DNA of 64,000 nt. Source: Minisyncoccota bacterium. GTDB lineage: Bacteria > Patescibacteriota > Minisyncoccia > Phycocordibacterales > UBA9973. The notes under the pieces are model-generated. The model saw only the letters and a program-made list of their open reading frames with translations, was not told the origin of the DNA and ran no database searches. Shown here one piece after another: positions 39,833-48,400 of this stretch (position 1 is its first letter; every line of letters starts with the position of its first letter). A program made the translations under genes and the position numbers. The stretch lies in contig JBAYKO010000001.1 of the NCBI GenBank assembly GCA_041664605.1, positions 9,220 to 73,219 of the forward strand, written 5' to 3'.

Positions 39833-39904
39833 TGAGCGGTAGAAGGATCGGACTTCTGACCTCTTCGATGTCAACGAAGCGCTCTACCACTGAGCTAACC
39901 GCTC
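39833..39904 (-). tRNA. tRNA-Val(GAC)
   Basis: gagcggt/accgctc, loop ttGACat; T-loop reads TCCGATC. Confidence 0.9.
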
Positions 39905-39920
39905 CAAAATTAAACACAAA

Positions 39921-39967
39921 CGCTCTACTTCACCCCGCCATGGCGGGGCAGGCTGAGCTAACCGCTC
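39921..39967 (-). repeat. Duplicated 5' part of tRNA-Val interrupted by a 20-bp CCTG-hairpin
   Basis: gagcggttagctcag[cctgccccgccatggcgggg]tgaagtagagcg. Confidence 0.85.
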
Positions 39968-40050
39968 ATATTTTATAAGATTACATTATTTTTTTTAAAA
40001 AACAAATTTGATGTATAATCAAAGTAGATGATCTTAAAAAGGATATAATT

Positions 40051-40542
40051 ATGAAAAAGAGAGTTTACTTCATTGCTTTTGATAATCCTCTCGTCAAGGT
40101 TTGTACAAGTGGAGTTTTTCCTTTAGAAATAGTTGTAGATTTGACAAGACTTTATGATAATGGAGATTTAAAAAGAGAAATGAGATGGCAATTTTTTGGT
40201 GAATTAGAAGATGGTTCTTTTGATTTAATAATAATTAAAGAAGATATTTTTCAAGCTATTGAGGAGTTTTTTGCTTCTGAATTCAAAACTTTGATACTTT
40301 TTTTTAATAATAAATATTTGTCTTATTTTAAAGAAGTGACAAAAGAACAAGAAGAATATATATTACAGACGACAGAAATAATTTTTTGTGATGATGTTCT
40401 TAATCTAAACTTGGGGGAATATTTAAAAAAGAAAAAGATTCTCTGCACTCTTAATTTTGAAGGAGAAAGACTCAGTATTAATAGAATTTCTACTGAAGAC
40501 ATACCAAATTCTTTTTCAAAAAAATTTATTCCATTAAATTAA
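40051..40542 (+). CDS. Hypothetical protein
   Basis: 163 aa, promoter and terminator. Confidence 0.6.
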   Translation: MKKRVYFIAFDNPLVKVCTSGVFPLEIVVDLTRLYDNGDLKREMRWQFFGELEDGSFDLIIIKEDIFQAIEEFFASEFKTLILFFNNKYLSYFKEVTKEQEEYILQTTEIIFCDDVLNLNLGEYLKKKKILCTLNFEGERLSINRISTEDIPNSFSKKFIPLN

Positions 40543-40631
40543 AAAAATCCGCCACAAGCGGATTTTTCTTATTCTTGATATTTTTATATTTTATGGTAAT
40601 ATTAAATCAGATGTTTTAAAAAGTTATTTTT

Positions 40632-40982
40632 ATGGATACTCCAACGATAATTTCTTTATTACTTATTTTTATAATAATAAGTAGTCTTATTGTAAGAATT
40701 GTTGATGAAATATTTGGGAGAACAACCCTCATAGAAGGAGAGGTTTATTACAAAAAAGAGGAAACTTTTTCCTCGAGTATTAATGACGACAGTGGTTTAC
40801 CCATTATTTGTCAAAATATGAAATCATTTTTCCTTTACTTGAAAGTAAAGGAAAAGAAGAGAAAAATTTCTGTTGATTTACAAGATTTTAATAAGGTTAT
40901 AAATGGAACATATAAATTTTCCTTTAAAGAAGGGCTTGTCTCCAAAAAACTTTATTATCAAAAGATTCTCTTTAATGATTAA
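40632..40982 (+). CDS. Hypothetical protein with N-terminal TM
   Basis: 116 aa. Confidence 0.6.
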   Translation: MDTPTIISLLLIFIIISSLIVRIVDEIFGRTTLIEGEVYYKKEETFSSSINDDSGLPIICQNMKSFFLYLKVKEKKRKISVDLQDFNKVINGTYKFSFKEGLVSKKLYYQKILFND

Positions 40983-41037
40983 TAAAAAGACATAAAGATG
41001 TTACCTAAAACCCCGCACAATGCGGGGTTTAACTTTG

Positions 41038-41124
41038 CGGAGGTGGGAGGATTTGAACCTCCGATCCACTTGCGCGGATTCCGCGTTTCGAGTGCGGTGC
41101 CTTCAACCACTCAGCCACACCTCC
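41038..41124 (-). tRNA. tRNA-Ser(CGA)
   Basis: ggaggtg/cacctcc, loop ctCGAaa, long variable arm. Confidence 0.95.
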
Positions 41125-41203
41125 GTGAACTTTTCTACTATAACATTTTTGCTATTTTTATTAAAAATGTTATTATATTTTCTAGTTTTTAAAAATCAAA
41201 AAT

Positions 41204-41275
41204 AAAATATTATTTGGCCCTATCGTCCCTGCCAGCCCTCACGATAGTTCGGGAGCAGGCTGGTAACGGTTAGGA
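41204..41275 (+). repeat. Duplicated leader + 5' part of tRNA-Glu interrupted by a 36-bp CCTG-hairpin
   Basis: 36-bp direct repeat of 41514-41549 with insert at 41228-41263. Confidence 0.88.
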
Positions 41276-41285
41276 TATAAAAATT

Positions 41286-41540
41286 ATGTATTTTGTGTAT
41301 GTTTTAAAAAGCAAAATTGATAATAAACTTTATTATGGTTTTACTAATGATTTAGAAAGAAGAGTTAGAGAACATAATAATAAAGAAGTGAGAGCAACAA
41401 GGCCTAGAGTTCCTCTTGAATTGATTTACTTTGAAAATGTAGATAATATAGAAAAAGCAAGAAAAAGAGAAAAATATTTTAAAAGTGGTTTTGGAAGAAA
41501 ATATATAAAAAACAAAATATTATTTGGCCCTATCGTCTAA
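41286..41540 (+). CDS. Small stand-alone GIY-YIG nuclease
   Basis: YFVYVL..LYYGFT.DLERR..EHN...REKYFKSG.GR. Confidence 0.92.
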   Translation: MYFVYVLKSKIDNKLYYGFTNDLERRVREHNNKEVRATRPRVPLELIYFENVDNIEKARKREKYFKSGFGRKYIKNKILFGPIV

Positions 41541-41597
41541 CGGTTAGGACATCGGCTTTTCAAGCCGGTAATCCGGGTTCGATTCCCGGTAGGGTCA
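41526..41597 (+). tRNA. tRNA-Glu(TTC)
   Basis: ggcccta/tagggtc, loop ttTTCaa. Confidence 0.95.
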
Positions 41598-41699
41598 CAG
41601 CTTATTTTAACCTTATTATGTAAGGGGTATTTTTTGTTGACAAAAGATGGATAATTTGATATCTTGTGAATAGAAAAAGTTATTTTAAATGATGAAAGT

Positions 41700-42149
41700 A
41701 TGGTAGTTTCAAGAAAAAGTTGGCATTTTAATTTAGTAAAACACAAAAGTTTTGTTTCGGAATCCAAGTGTGATAACAAAGATGCAACTAATTATATTGC
41801 AGAAGTAATATTAAGTCTCTGGCTTATCACAGTTTTTGGCTTAATGATTTTTACTACTTTAATTGGGATTGCTTCAGCTCAACCTGGTTCAGGTTTTGGA
41901 GCTTTTATTATAGAATACAAAAAAATCGTAGTGATTATTTTTGCTATTTTTATAACCCTTCCTATTTGGAGTTGTATTTTTTTAATAATAATTGAACCCC
42001 TTACGAAAAAGTCTTGGAGAAGATTAAGAATTACAGGAAGAACATGGGATGAATATTTTACAAATCTTAGAAGCTTAAGAAATGTAAAAACTCCCGAAAA
42101 AGAAGCGGAGTCTTTTAAATCTGAATCTTCCATTGTTCCTACTAATTAA
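41700..42149 (+). CDS. Hypothetical membrane protein
   Basis: 2 TMs, promoter and terminator. Confidence 0.6.
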   Translation: MVVSRKSWHFNLVKHKSFVSESKCDNKDATNYIAEVILSLWLITVFGLMIFTTLIGIASAQPGSGFGAFIIEYKKIVVIIFAIFITLPIWSCIFLIIIEPLTKKSWRRLRITGRTWDEYFTNLRSLRNVKTPEKEAESFKSESSIVPTN

Positions 42150-42266
42150 AAACATCATTATTTCCCAACCCCCAGAAATGGGGGTTTTGGTTTTCCTTAG
42201 AGATGTTGTCAAATAGTTTTAATTATGCTAATTTTAAGGCAGAAAAGTTGTTTAAAATTAGTAAAA

Positions 42267-42629
42267 ATGCAAAAGATCATCAATAAAATAGAGGGTCTTT
42301 TTAAGATACCTTTTTGGCATGTCATTTTATTTTCTTTATTATTTTTAACTATTGCGTTAAATTCAGTTCTTGGAGTTATAAAAGCTGAAACAATAACAGA
42401 GAAATTTTTTCAAGGATTTTATTATATTCACAATATTGATTATCCCAGAATTCTTATTCAATGTGTGGTTGTGCCTTTTATTTTCTTTTCTCTTGTTTGG
42501 ATTATTTTAAAAAAAATTAATAATAAACAGACAAAAGAAAATGATTATTTAATGGTTCTTTTCCAGCTTTATATTTATAATCTATTAGCAGGAGCAATAA
42601 CTATGCTGATACTAGCTTTCGTACATTAA
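42267..42629 (+). CDS. Hypothetical membrane protein; probable start 42267
   Basis: 3 TMs, GGCAGAAAA leader. Confidence 0.6.
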   Translation: MQKIINKIEGLFKIPFWHVILFSLLFLTIALNSVLGVIKAETITEKFFQGFYYIHNIDYPRILIQCVVVPFIFFSLVWIILKKINNKQTKENDYLMVLFQLYIYNLLAGAITMLILAFVH

Positions 42630-42760
42630 ATTTTTTAAAAAGAAAATTAATTTTTGTTTTAAAACCCCCCATTTCTGGGGGTTTTAGTTTTTCATGTATA
42701 AGAGATTGAGTAATTTTTCCCCATATATACAAAATTACACCCTGTGATATTATTTACATT

Positions 42761-42859
42761 ATGTTTAGAATAATCGCCTATATCTTATTTTTTCCGCTGA
42801 TGTTTCTCCATGCTGGTCTTGGATGGGTGGTTGAACAACTTTCTGAACACATAGATTAA
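42761..42859 (+). CDS. 32-aa hydrophobic small protein (not in ORF track)
   Basis: MFRIIAYILFFPLMFLHAGLGWVVEQLSEHID*; tgaTATTAT just upstream, hairpin downstream. Confidence 0.4.
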   Translation: MFRIIAYILFFPLMFLHAGLGWVVEQLSEHID

Positions 42860-42915
42860 ATATTTGAAATTAAAAAATCCCCTTCTGTTTACACCGAAGG
42901 GGATTTTTTTAAAGT

Positions 42916-43842
42916 TTATTTATTATGAAGATAAATATAAATATTTTCTAGTGCCTTTATTGCATCTCCAGCAGCAATCATGTTTTGGTGATATATTCCA
43001 TCAGAACAATCTCCAGCTGCCCAAATTCCTGGGACAGAGGCCGTTTGAGTTTTAGGGTCAACTATGATTTTTCCATAGGCATCAAGGATTACTAAATCTT
43101 TTACAAAATCGGTATTTGCAATTTGTCCGATTTCAACAAATATTCCTGTGGTATTTATTTCGTGGTTTTCTCCCGTCTTTAAATCTTTGTAAACCAAACT
43201 TTTTACGAAATCGTCACCTTTAACCTCAACTGTCTCTGCACTTGTTATGGTTTTAGCTTTTGGATTATTTAAAACTTTTTCAACTGTAATTTTATCTGCT
43301 TTAAAATCTGGGCTATGGTGAATAATTGTTACGCTTTTTGAGTAAGCTAAGAGTTGAGCAGCTGATTCAAAACCAGCATTACCTCCACCAATTACAACAA
43401 CATCTTGATCTGAAAACATTGGACCATCACAAGTAGCACAATAGGTGAGTCCTTTGTGTTCAAATTTGTCGGCTCCAGGGACTTCTAATTTTCTTCGTCC
43501 ACTGCCGGTTACTACAAGAATAGCTTTTGCTTCATAAACATTTTTTCCATCAGTTTCAATGGAAAAATTTTCTCCGCTCTTTTTAATAGATAAAACTTTT
43601 TCTCCTTCCTTTATCTCTAAAACATCACTTTTGTATGCCTCAACATGTTTTTTAAAATTTTCAGCTAAATCAGTCCCGCTTATAGAAATATTTCCTGTCC
43701 AATTTTGAATATTAGGAGAAACAATAGATTGTCCTCCGAAATCAGGAGTAATAAGGATAGTTTTTATTTTTTTTCTGGCTGCGTAAACCGAAGCAGAAGC
43801 TCCAGCTGGACCGCCACCGATTATTGCAAGTTCGTATAACAT
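42916..43842 (-). CDS. trxB: Thioredoxin reductase/AhpF-C-like disulfide oxidoreductase; probable start 43842
   Basis: IGGGPAG, YCATCDG, IGGGNAG, WAAGD. Confidence 0.88.
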   Translation of the reverse strand: MLYELAIIGGGPAGASASVYAARKKIKTILITPDFGGQSIVSPNIQNWTGNISISGTDLAENFKKHVEAYKSDVLEIKEGEKVLSIKKSGENFSIETDGKNVYEAKAILVVTGSGRRKLEVPGADKFEHKGLTYCATCDGPMFSDQDVVVIGGGNAGFESAAQLLAYSKSVTIIHHSPDFKADKITVEKVLNNPKAKTITSAETVEVKGDDFVKSLVYKDLKTGENHEINTTGIFVEIGQIANTDFVKDLVILDAYGKIIVDPKTQTASVPGIWAAGDCSDGIYHQNMIAAGDAIKALENIYIYLHNK

Positions 43843-43912
43843 AAATTTTATTCTATCAAAAAACACACAAAAACAAAACACCCAGATTTGGGTGTTTTGT
43901 TTTTGTGTGTTT

Positions 43913-45082
43913 TTACTTTTTTCTTCTTAAAAAAGCGGGGACAGCGTTCCAATCATCTTGGTCGTCTTCAACTATTTCTGCCTCATCTTCTATTTTTATT
44001 TCGATTTTTTTAGGAAATTCAGGTGTTTCTGGTAGGGAATTATGAATTTCCTTTTTTTCTTCTCTCGTAATACTAGTAGGAGATTGATATTGTTGGAATA
44101 GAGTTTTTTTAGGTAATTCATCTGGAGTAAATCCAAACCCAGTAGCAATAACTGTAACTTTAACTTCACCCTTTTTTAGTCTATCATCTTTTATTGTTCC
44201 AAAAATAACTTTTGCATCTTTGTCGATTGATTCTGTAATAATTTTTGCGATATCCTGAATTTCGTGAATTGTTAAATCTTCACCACCAGAAATGGCAAAT
44301 AAAACTCCTTTCGCACCGTTTATGGATATTTCAAGCAGGGGAGAATTAATTGCTTGTAAGGCAGCCTTTTCAGCTCTATTTTCTCCTGCTCCATAACCAA
44401 TTCCCATTAAAGCAGATCCAGCATTAGACATAATTGCTTTTATATCAGCGAAGTCAACATTGATTATTCCCGGCATAGTTATCAAATCAGAAATTCCTTC
44501 AACTGCTTGTTTTAAAATTTCATCACACATTGCGAAAGCATCACCGAAACTTGTTTGTTTGTCTGCAACAGAAAGAAGTCTGTCATTTGGTATAACAATA
44601 ATAGCATCAACTTCATTTCGTAATTCATCTAATCCTTGTTCAGCTAGTTTCATTCTTTGTGATCCCTCAAAAAAGAATGGTTTTGTGATTACTGCAACAG
44701 TTAGAATTCCTTGTTCTTTGGCTAATTTTGCCACAACAGGAGTAGCACCAGTTCCAGTACCTCCACCCATACCACAAGTTATAAAAACCATATCTGCACC
44801 TTTTACTGCATCTTGAATTTCAGCTTTGGTTTCTTCCGCTGCCTTTTTTCCTGTTTCTGGATTCATTCCAGTACCAAGACCTTTTGTTAGGTTTTTTCCT
44901 ATGTGAATTTTTTTATCTGCAAGAGAGTGATGTAAGTCTTGAGTGTCAGTATTCATTACAATGAATTCAACACCTTTAACTTTTGCGCTGACCATGTGGT
45001 TTGTAGCATTCTTTCCTGAACCTCCAACACCAATAACCTTGATTCGTGCAAATGATTCTATTTCTGGATTTACTTTAGGCAT
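43913..45082 (-). CDS. ftsZ: Cell division protein FtsZ
   Basis: GMGGGTGTG, INVDFAD, VPAFLRR. Confidence 0.98.
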   Translation of the reverse strand: MPKVNPEIESFARIKVIGVGGSGKNATNHMVSAKVKGVEFIVMNTDTQDLHHSLADKKIHIGKNLTKGLGTGMNPETGKKAAEETKAEIQDAVKGADMVFITCGMGGGTGTGATPVVAKLAKEQGILTVAVITKPFFFEGSQRMKLAEQGLDELRNEVDAIIVIPNDRLLSVADKQTSFGDAFAMCDEILKQAVEGISDLITMPGIINVDFADIKAIMSNAGSALMGIGYGAGENRAEKAALQAINSPLLEISINGAKGVLFAISGGEDLTIHEIQDIAKIITESIDKDAKVIFGTIKDDRLKKGEVKVTVIATGFGFTPDELPKKTLFQQYQSPTSITREEKKEIHNSLPETPEFPKKIEIKIEDEAEIVEDDQDDWNAVPAFLRRKK

Positions 45083-45284
45083 AATGTTTTAGCTTTAGAG
45101 CTAAAAAGCTTGGGAGCTTTAAAGCTTCTTTATAATAAATAATACACAATCATAATAACAGAAACAAAAAAAAAGAAAACCCCCGAAAAAGGGGGTTAAA
45201 TAGGGGAGTTTTTAGCTAGGTTTTTAGACAAAAAAATCAAAACCCCGCGAATGCGGGGTTTTTGTCAAATGTGGTTAATCTTAT

Positions 45285-45716
45285 TTAGTCAGATATTCTA
45301 TACAGACTATTTGAAACTTTTCTGTATCTTCCGACAGGTGAACTTCCGAATTCACTGAAAAAATCTGAGGGCAAAATCCACATAAATATGTCGTGATCTT
45401 TTTCTCCGATTTTTACGACACACAACATCTCTTTGGTCTTTGAATTAGGATCTTCTTTTGTTTTAAGATGATACTTGATCCTTAAAAAAATATTATCGTT
45501 AATGTCAGAGACCAAATAATATTCTTTTTTTCTTTCCCAAAATGATCCCCCAATGGCAGCACTAAAAATGCCCAATATGCAAATAACTAACATTACATCT
45601 CTGTTGATTGTTATCAATTCGCAAAGATAACAGTAAATAAAAATTATAATCAATAAGGCCACTAAAAGAAGGACTAATCCTACTTTCTTTTCTTTTGTTA
45701 ATTTCATAGAACTCAT
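45285..45716 (-). CDS. Hypothetical membrane protein between ftsA and ftsZ
   Basis: Own TTGACA/TATAAC promoter, GGCAGAAAA leader, terminator. Confidence 0.6.
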   Translation of the reverse strand: MSSMKLTKEKKVGLVLLLVALLIIIFIYCYLCELITINRDVMLVICILGIFSAAIGGSFWERKKEYYLVSDINDNIFLRIKYHLKTKEDPNSKTKEMLCVVKIGEKDHDIFMWILPSDFFSEFGSSPVGRYRKVSNSLYRISD

Positions 45717-45865
45717 ATTAAAAATTTTCTGCCTTAGTTATATCAGATTATTAAAATTTGTCAATCCGACACACCAAGTAAACTAAGTGTGTGAATAATA
45801 AATAAAAAACACCTCTTTTAAAGGTATTTTCACTAGAACCTAACCCCTAGAAACTACAACCTAAT

Positions 45866-47035
45866 TTATGGCATCAATTGTTGAAAAATCGAGTTGAAGA
45901 ATTTTTTTGTTTTTCTTATAACTTCATTTGCGCCACCACCAGAAATTTCTTTATCAGAAATATCTCCACCCTCAGCAACACATAATCCATAAGCAACAAA
46001 CCAAGAAGTGTCTTTGAGTTTATTTTTTGAATAACCATCTTCAACACCACCAATTCTTGAAGGAAGTTTTAACATACTCTTTGAGAGTTCTTCAATTGTT
46101 GAAATATGTGAACCTCCACCCGTGATAATAATTCCAGCTGGCAAGAGCCCATTTCTTTTTAGCTTCTTTAAATGAATTTCTACTAATTCAAATATATCTG
46201 ACAAACGAGCGTCTATTATTTCGGTAAGTTTTTTTCTAGGGAAATCACCAATAATACTTCCAATTTTTAAACTCTCAGCTTCTTCAAGAGGAATTTTAAA
46301 ACCAAGAGCAATGTCGTTTGTTATTTGAGTTGATCCTACATTAAAAACATAGAGAGAAATTAAATTATTATTTTCAAAAACAGCCAAGGAGACAGTCTCA
46401 GCTCCTATGTCTATCAAGGCACAACCAGCTGTTTTTTGTCTTTCACTTAAAACAACAGCACTAGAGGCAAGAGGGGATGCGATTATGTCTCCGACTTCAA
46501 CTCCCGCTTCTCTGACAGCTAAAATAAGATTTTCTAAGTGTTGTTCAAGACATGTTACAAAAAGTGTTTTAACTTCAAGTTTTAAACCTTTCATTCCTTC
46601 AGGCTTTCCGAGAATTTCTTTTCCGTCCAATTTATATTCAATAGGAATGTTGTGGATTATTTTTTTATTTGGAATTTTAAGATTTTCTTCGCTTAGATTT
46701 ATAGCTTTTATAATATCAAGAGTAGTAACTTCGTCATTAGCTTTCGATATAACTGCATCCCCAGTACTTGTTTCAGAACTTAAGCTTATTCCGCCTATGG
46801 AAACAACAGCCCTCTTAATCTTTATTCCTGAATTTTTCTCCGCTTCGTTAACAGCTTTTTTTATACCTTTTGAAGCTTCAGTATGATTTGTAACATAACC
46901 ATGGCGAAGACCTCTCGATGGGCTTATTCCCGTGCCAATTACTTTCGGTACAGATTCATTTTTTAGATATTCACAAACAACAACTCTTGTTGAGTATGTT
47001 CCAACATCTATTCCAACTGATATTTTTCTTATCAT
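45866..47035 (-). CDS. ftsA: Cell division protein FtsA
   Basis: GIDVGT, IDIGAET, ITGGGS. Confidence 0.95.
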   Translation of the reverse strand: MIRKISVGIDVGTYSTRVVVCEYLKNESVPKVIGTGISPSRGLRHGYVTNHTEASKGIKKAVNEAEKNSGIKIKRAVVSIGGISLSSETSTGDAVISKANDEVTTLDIIKAINLSEENLKIPNKKIIHNIPIEYKLDGKEILGKPEGMKGLKLEVKTLFVTCLEQHLENLILAVREAGVEVGDIIASPLASSAVVLSERQKTAGCALIDIGAETVSLAVFENNNLISLYVFNVGSTQITNDIALGFKIPLEEAESLKIGSIIGDFPRKKLTEIIDARLSDIFELVEIHLKKLKRNGLLPAGIIITGGGSHISTIEELSKSMLKLPSRIGGVEDGYSKNKLKDTSWFVAYGLCVAEGGDISDKEISGGGANEVIRKTKKFFNSIFQQLMP

Positions 47036-47218
47036 GACTGATTTTCTTATGAGTGGAACGATTTAGAAAATCGTCACCCAGCACATAAATTTATTTGTTG
47101 TTATTTAATTTTATAATACCACTAAAATGATTTAGACTCTTGTACATAAATTTCATATAGTACATAAATTTATGTGCTGGGTTAAGAAAAATATATTTCG
47201 CTTCGCTTCATTATTTTT

Positions 47219-47617
47219 CTAAACTTTAAGAATTTTTCCAAATTTTTCTTCCTCACTTTCCATTTTACTACTATGTTTGAATCCTTTCAAATGCAGTAAA
47301 CCGTGGATAAGTAAAAATTGAAGAAAATTTGTCGAAGTGCGGTTGAAATCTTTTGCTTGCCTTTTGACTTCTTGCATACAAAAAATAATTTCCCCGTCTT
47401 TTTTTGAAAGAGGGAAGCTTAATATATCTGTTGGTTCATTTTTTTTACAATAAGTTTTGTTTAATTCACAAATCACTTTTGGAGACACGAAAGCAACACT
47501 TAATTCATATTCTTTCCCTAAAATAGTGTCTTTAAATTTAGAAAAAGACAAGCGTGGTAGCTTGCCTTTTGTCGTATTTTTTATAAAAACCTTTTTTTGA
47601 TTTTTGGGGTTGGTCAT
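47219..47617 (-). CDS. ybeY: rRNA maturation RNase YbeY
   Basis: PTDILSF, HGLLHLKGFKH. Confidence 0.93.
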   Translation of the reverse strand: MTNPKNQKKVFIKNTTKGKLPRLSFSKFKDTILGKEYELSVAFVSPKVICELNKTYCKKNEPTDILSFPLSKKDGEIIFCMQEVKRQAKDFNRTSTNFLQFLLIHGLLHLKGFKHSSKMESEEEKFGKILKV

Positions 47618-47623
47618 TTATGT

Positions 47624-47851
47624 TTAAGCGATTTTTCCCATTTTTCTCAATTTTTCATTCACCTTTCTTTTTGCTAGTCTCTTTAATGCGCCCTTTTTGA
47701 GTGTAAGTTTTGATTCAGCTCTTTCATTGTATCTTTTTGATCTAGCCTTTTGTAAAACTTGGGATTCTTGAACACGCTTTGAGAATCTTCTAATAAGACT
47801 CGCATTGTTTTCATTTTGGTTTTTCTTTACTTCAATGTTTATGTTTTTCAT
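47624..47851 (-). CDS. rpsU: Ribosomal protein bS21-like
   Basis: Basic 75 aa, EV.K..NE...LIRRFSKRV. Confidence 0.65.
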   Translation of the reverse strand: MKNINIEVKKNQNENNASLIRRFSKRVQESQVLQKARSKRYNERAESKLTLKKGALKRLAKRKVNEKLRKMGKIA

Positions 47852-47937
47852 ACAAGGGAAATCTTATCATGAAATATGAAAATAGGCAACAAAAAGGGCT
47901 ACATCGTAGCCCTTTAATCTTATTAAGGATTTTTTAC

Positions 47938-48031
47938 ACCTTTGCGAAAGTCTTGCTTTCGCAAAGGTAGTAGGTGATATAAAAACACGGATGGCCTTAA
48001 TAGAAGTTTGCGAAAGCAAGACTTTCGCAGA
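47938..48031. repeat. Inverted pair of TGCGAAAG-n5-CTTTCGCA palindromes
   Basis: 47938-47968 and 48008-48030 are near reverse complements. Confidence 0.75.
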
Positions 48032-48107
48032 CTTTAAATTTTAATATATTGATATAAAAATAGAAAAAAGACTGCAATGCAGTCTTTTTCAATGAACCGA
48101 CAGAAAG

Positions 48108-48323
48108 CTATCTTTTAAGTGATTTAATAAAATCATTAAGTGATATCAGTGTGTCAATTGTGGTAGCACAACCCAGATTTTCTGTTAAATTTTTAACCTT
48201 CTTTTGCCCCTTTTCTGCTTCTTGGGGAGAAAATGGACCAATAACTATTATTTTGCCGTTTGGCATGGAGAACAAAAGAACTTTGTTTTTCATAAGATAT
48301 GAATTTAAAAAATCTAAATACAT
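48108..48323 (-). CDS. Hypothetical small protein
   Basis: 71 aa between terminators. Confidence 0.45.
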   Translation of the reverse strand: MYLDFLNSYLMKNKVLLFSMPNGKIIVIGPFSPQEAEKGQKKVKNLTENLGCATTIDTLISLNDFIKSLKR

Positions 48324-48400
48324 TGTATCACATAGAATATATTTGTCAATATTAAAGAAAAGGACCGACCTTTATACAAAGGTCGGCCCTCTGTATTCTT

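Noticed and set aside
40998-41205. ORFs over tRNA-Ser (likewise 41537-41779, 32279-32710, 33208-33423)
   Set aside because: Translations of tRNA sequence or shadows of neighbouring genes
41216-41597. tRNA-Glu intron encoding a homing endonuclease
   Set aside because: The downstream tRNA is complete by itself and no group I/II core is visible; the layout is a duplication
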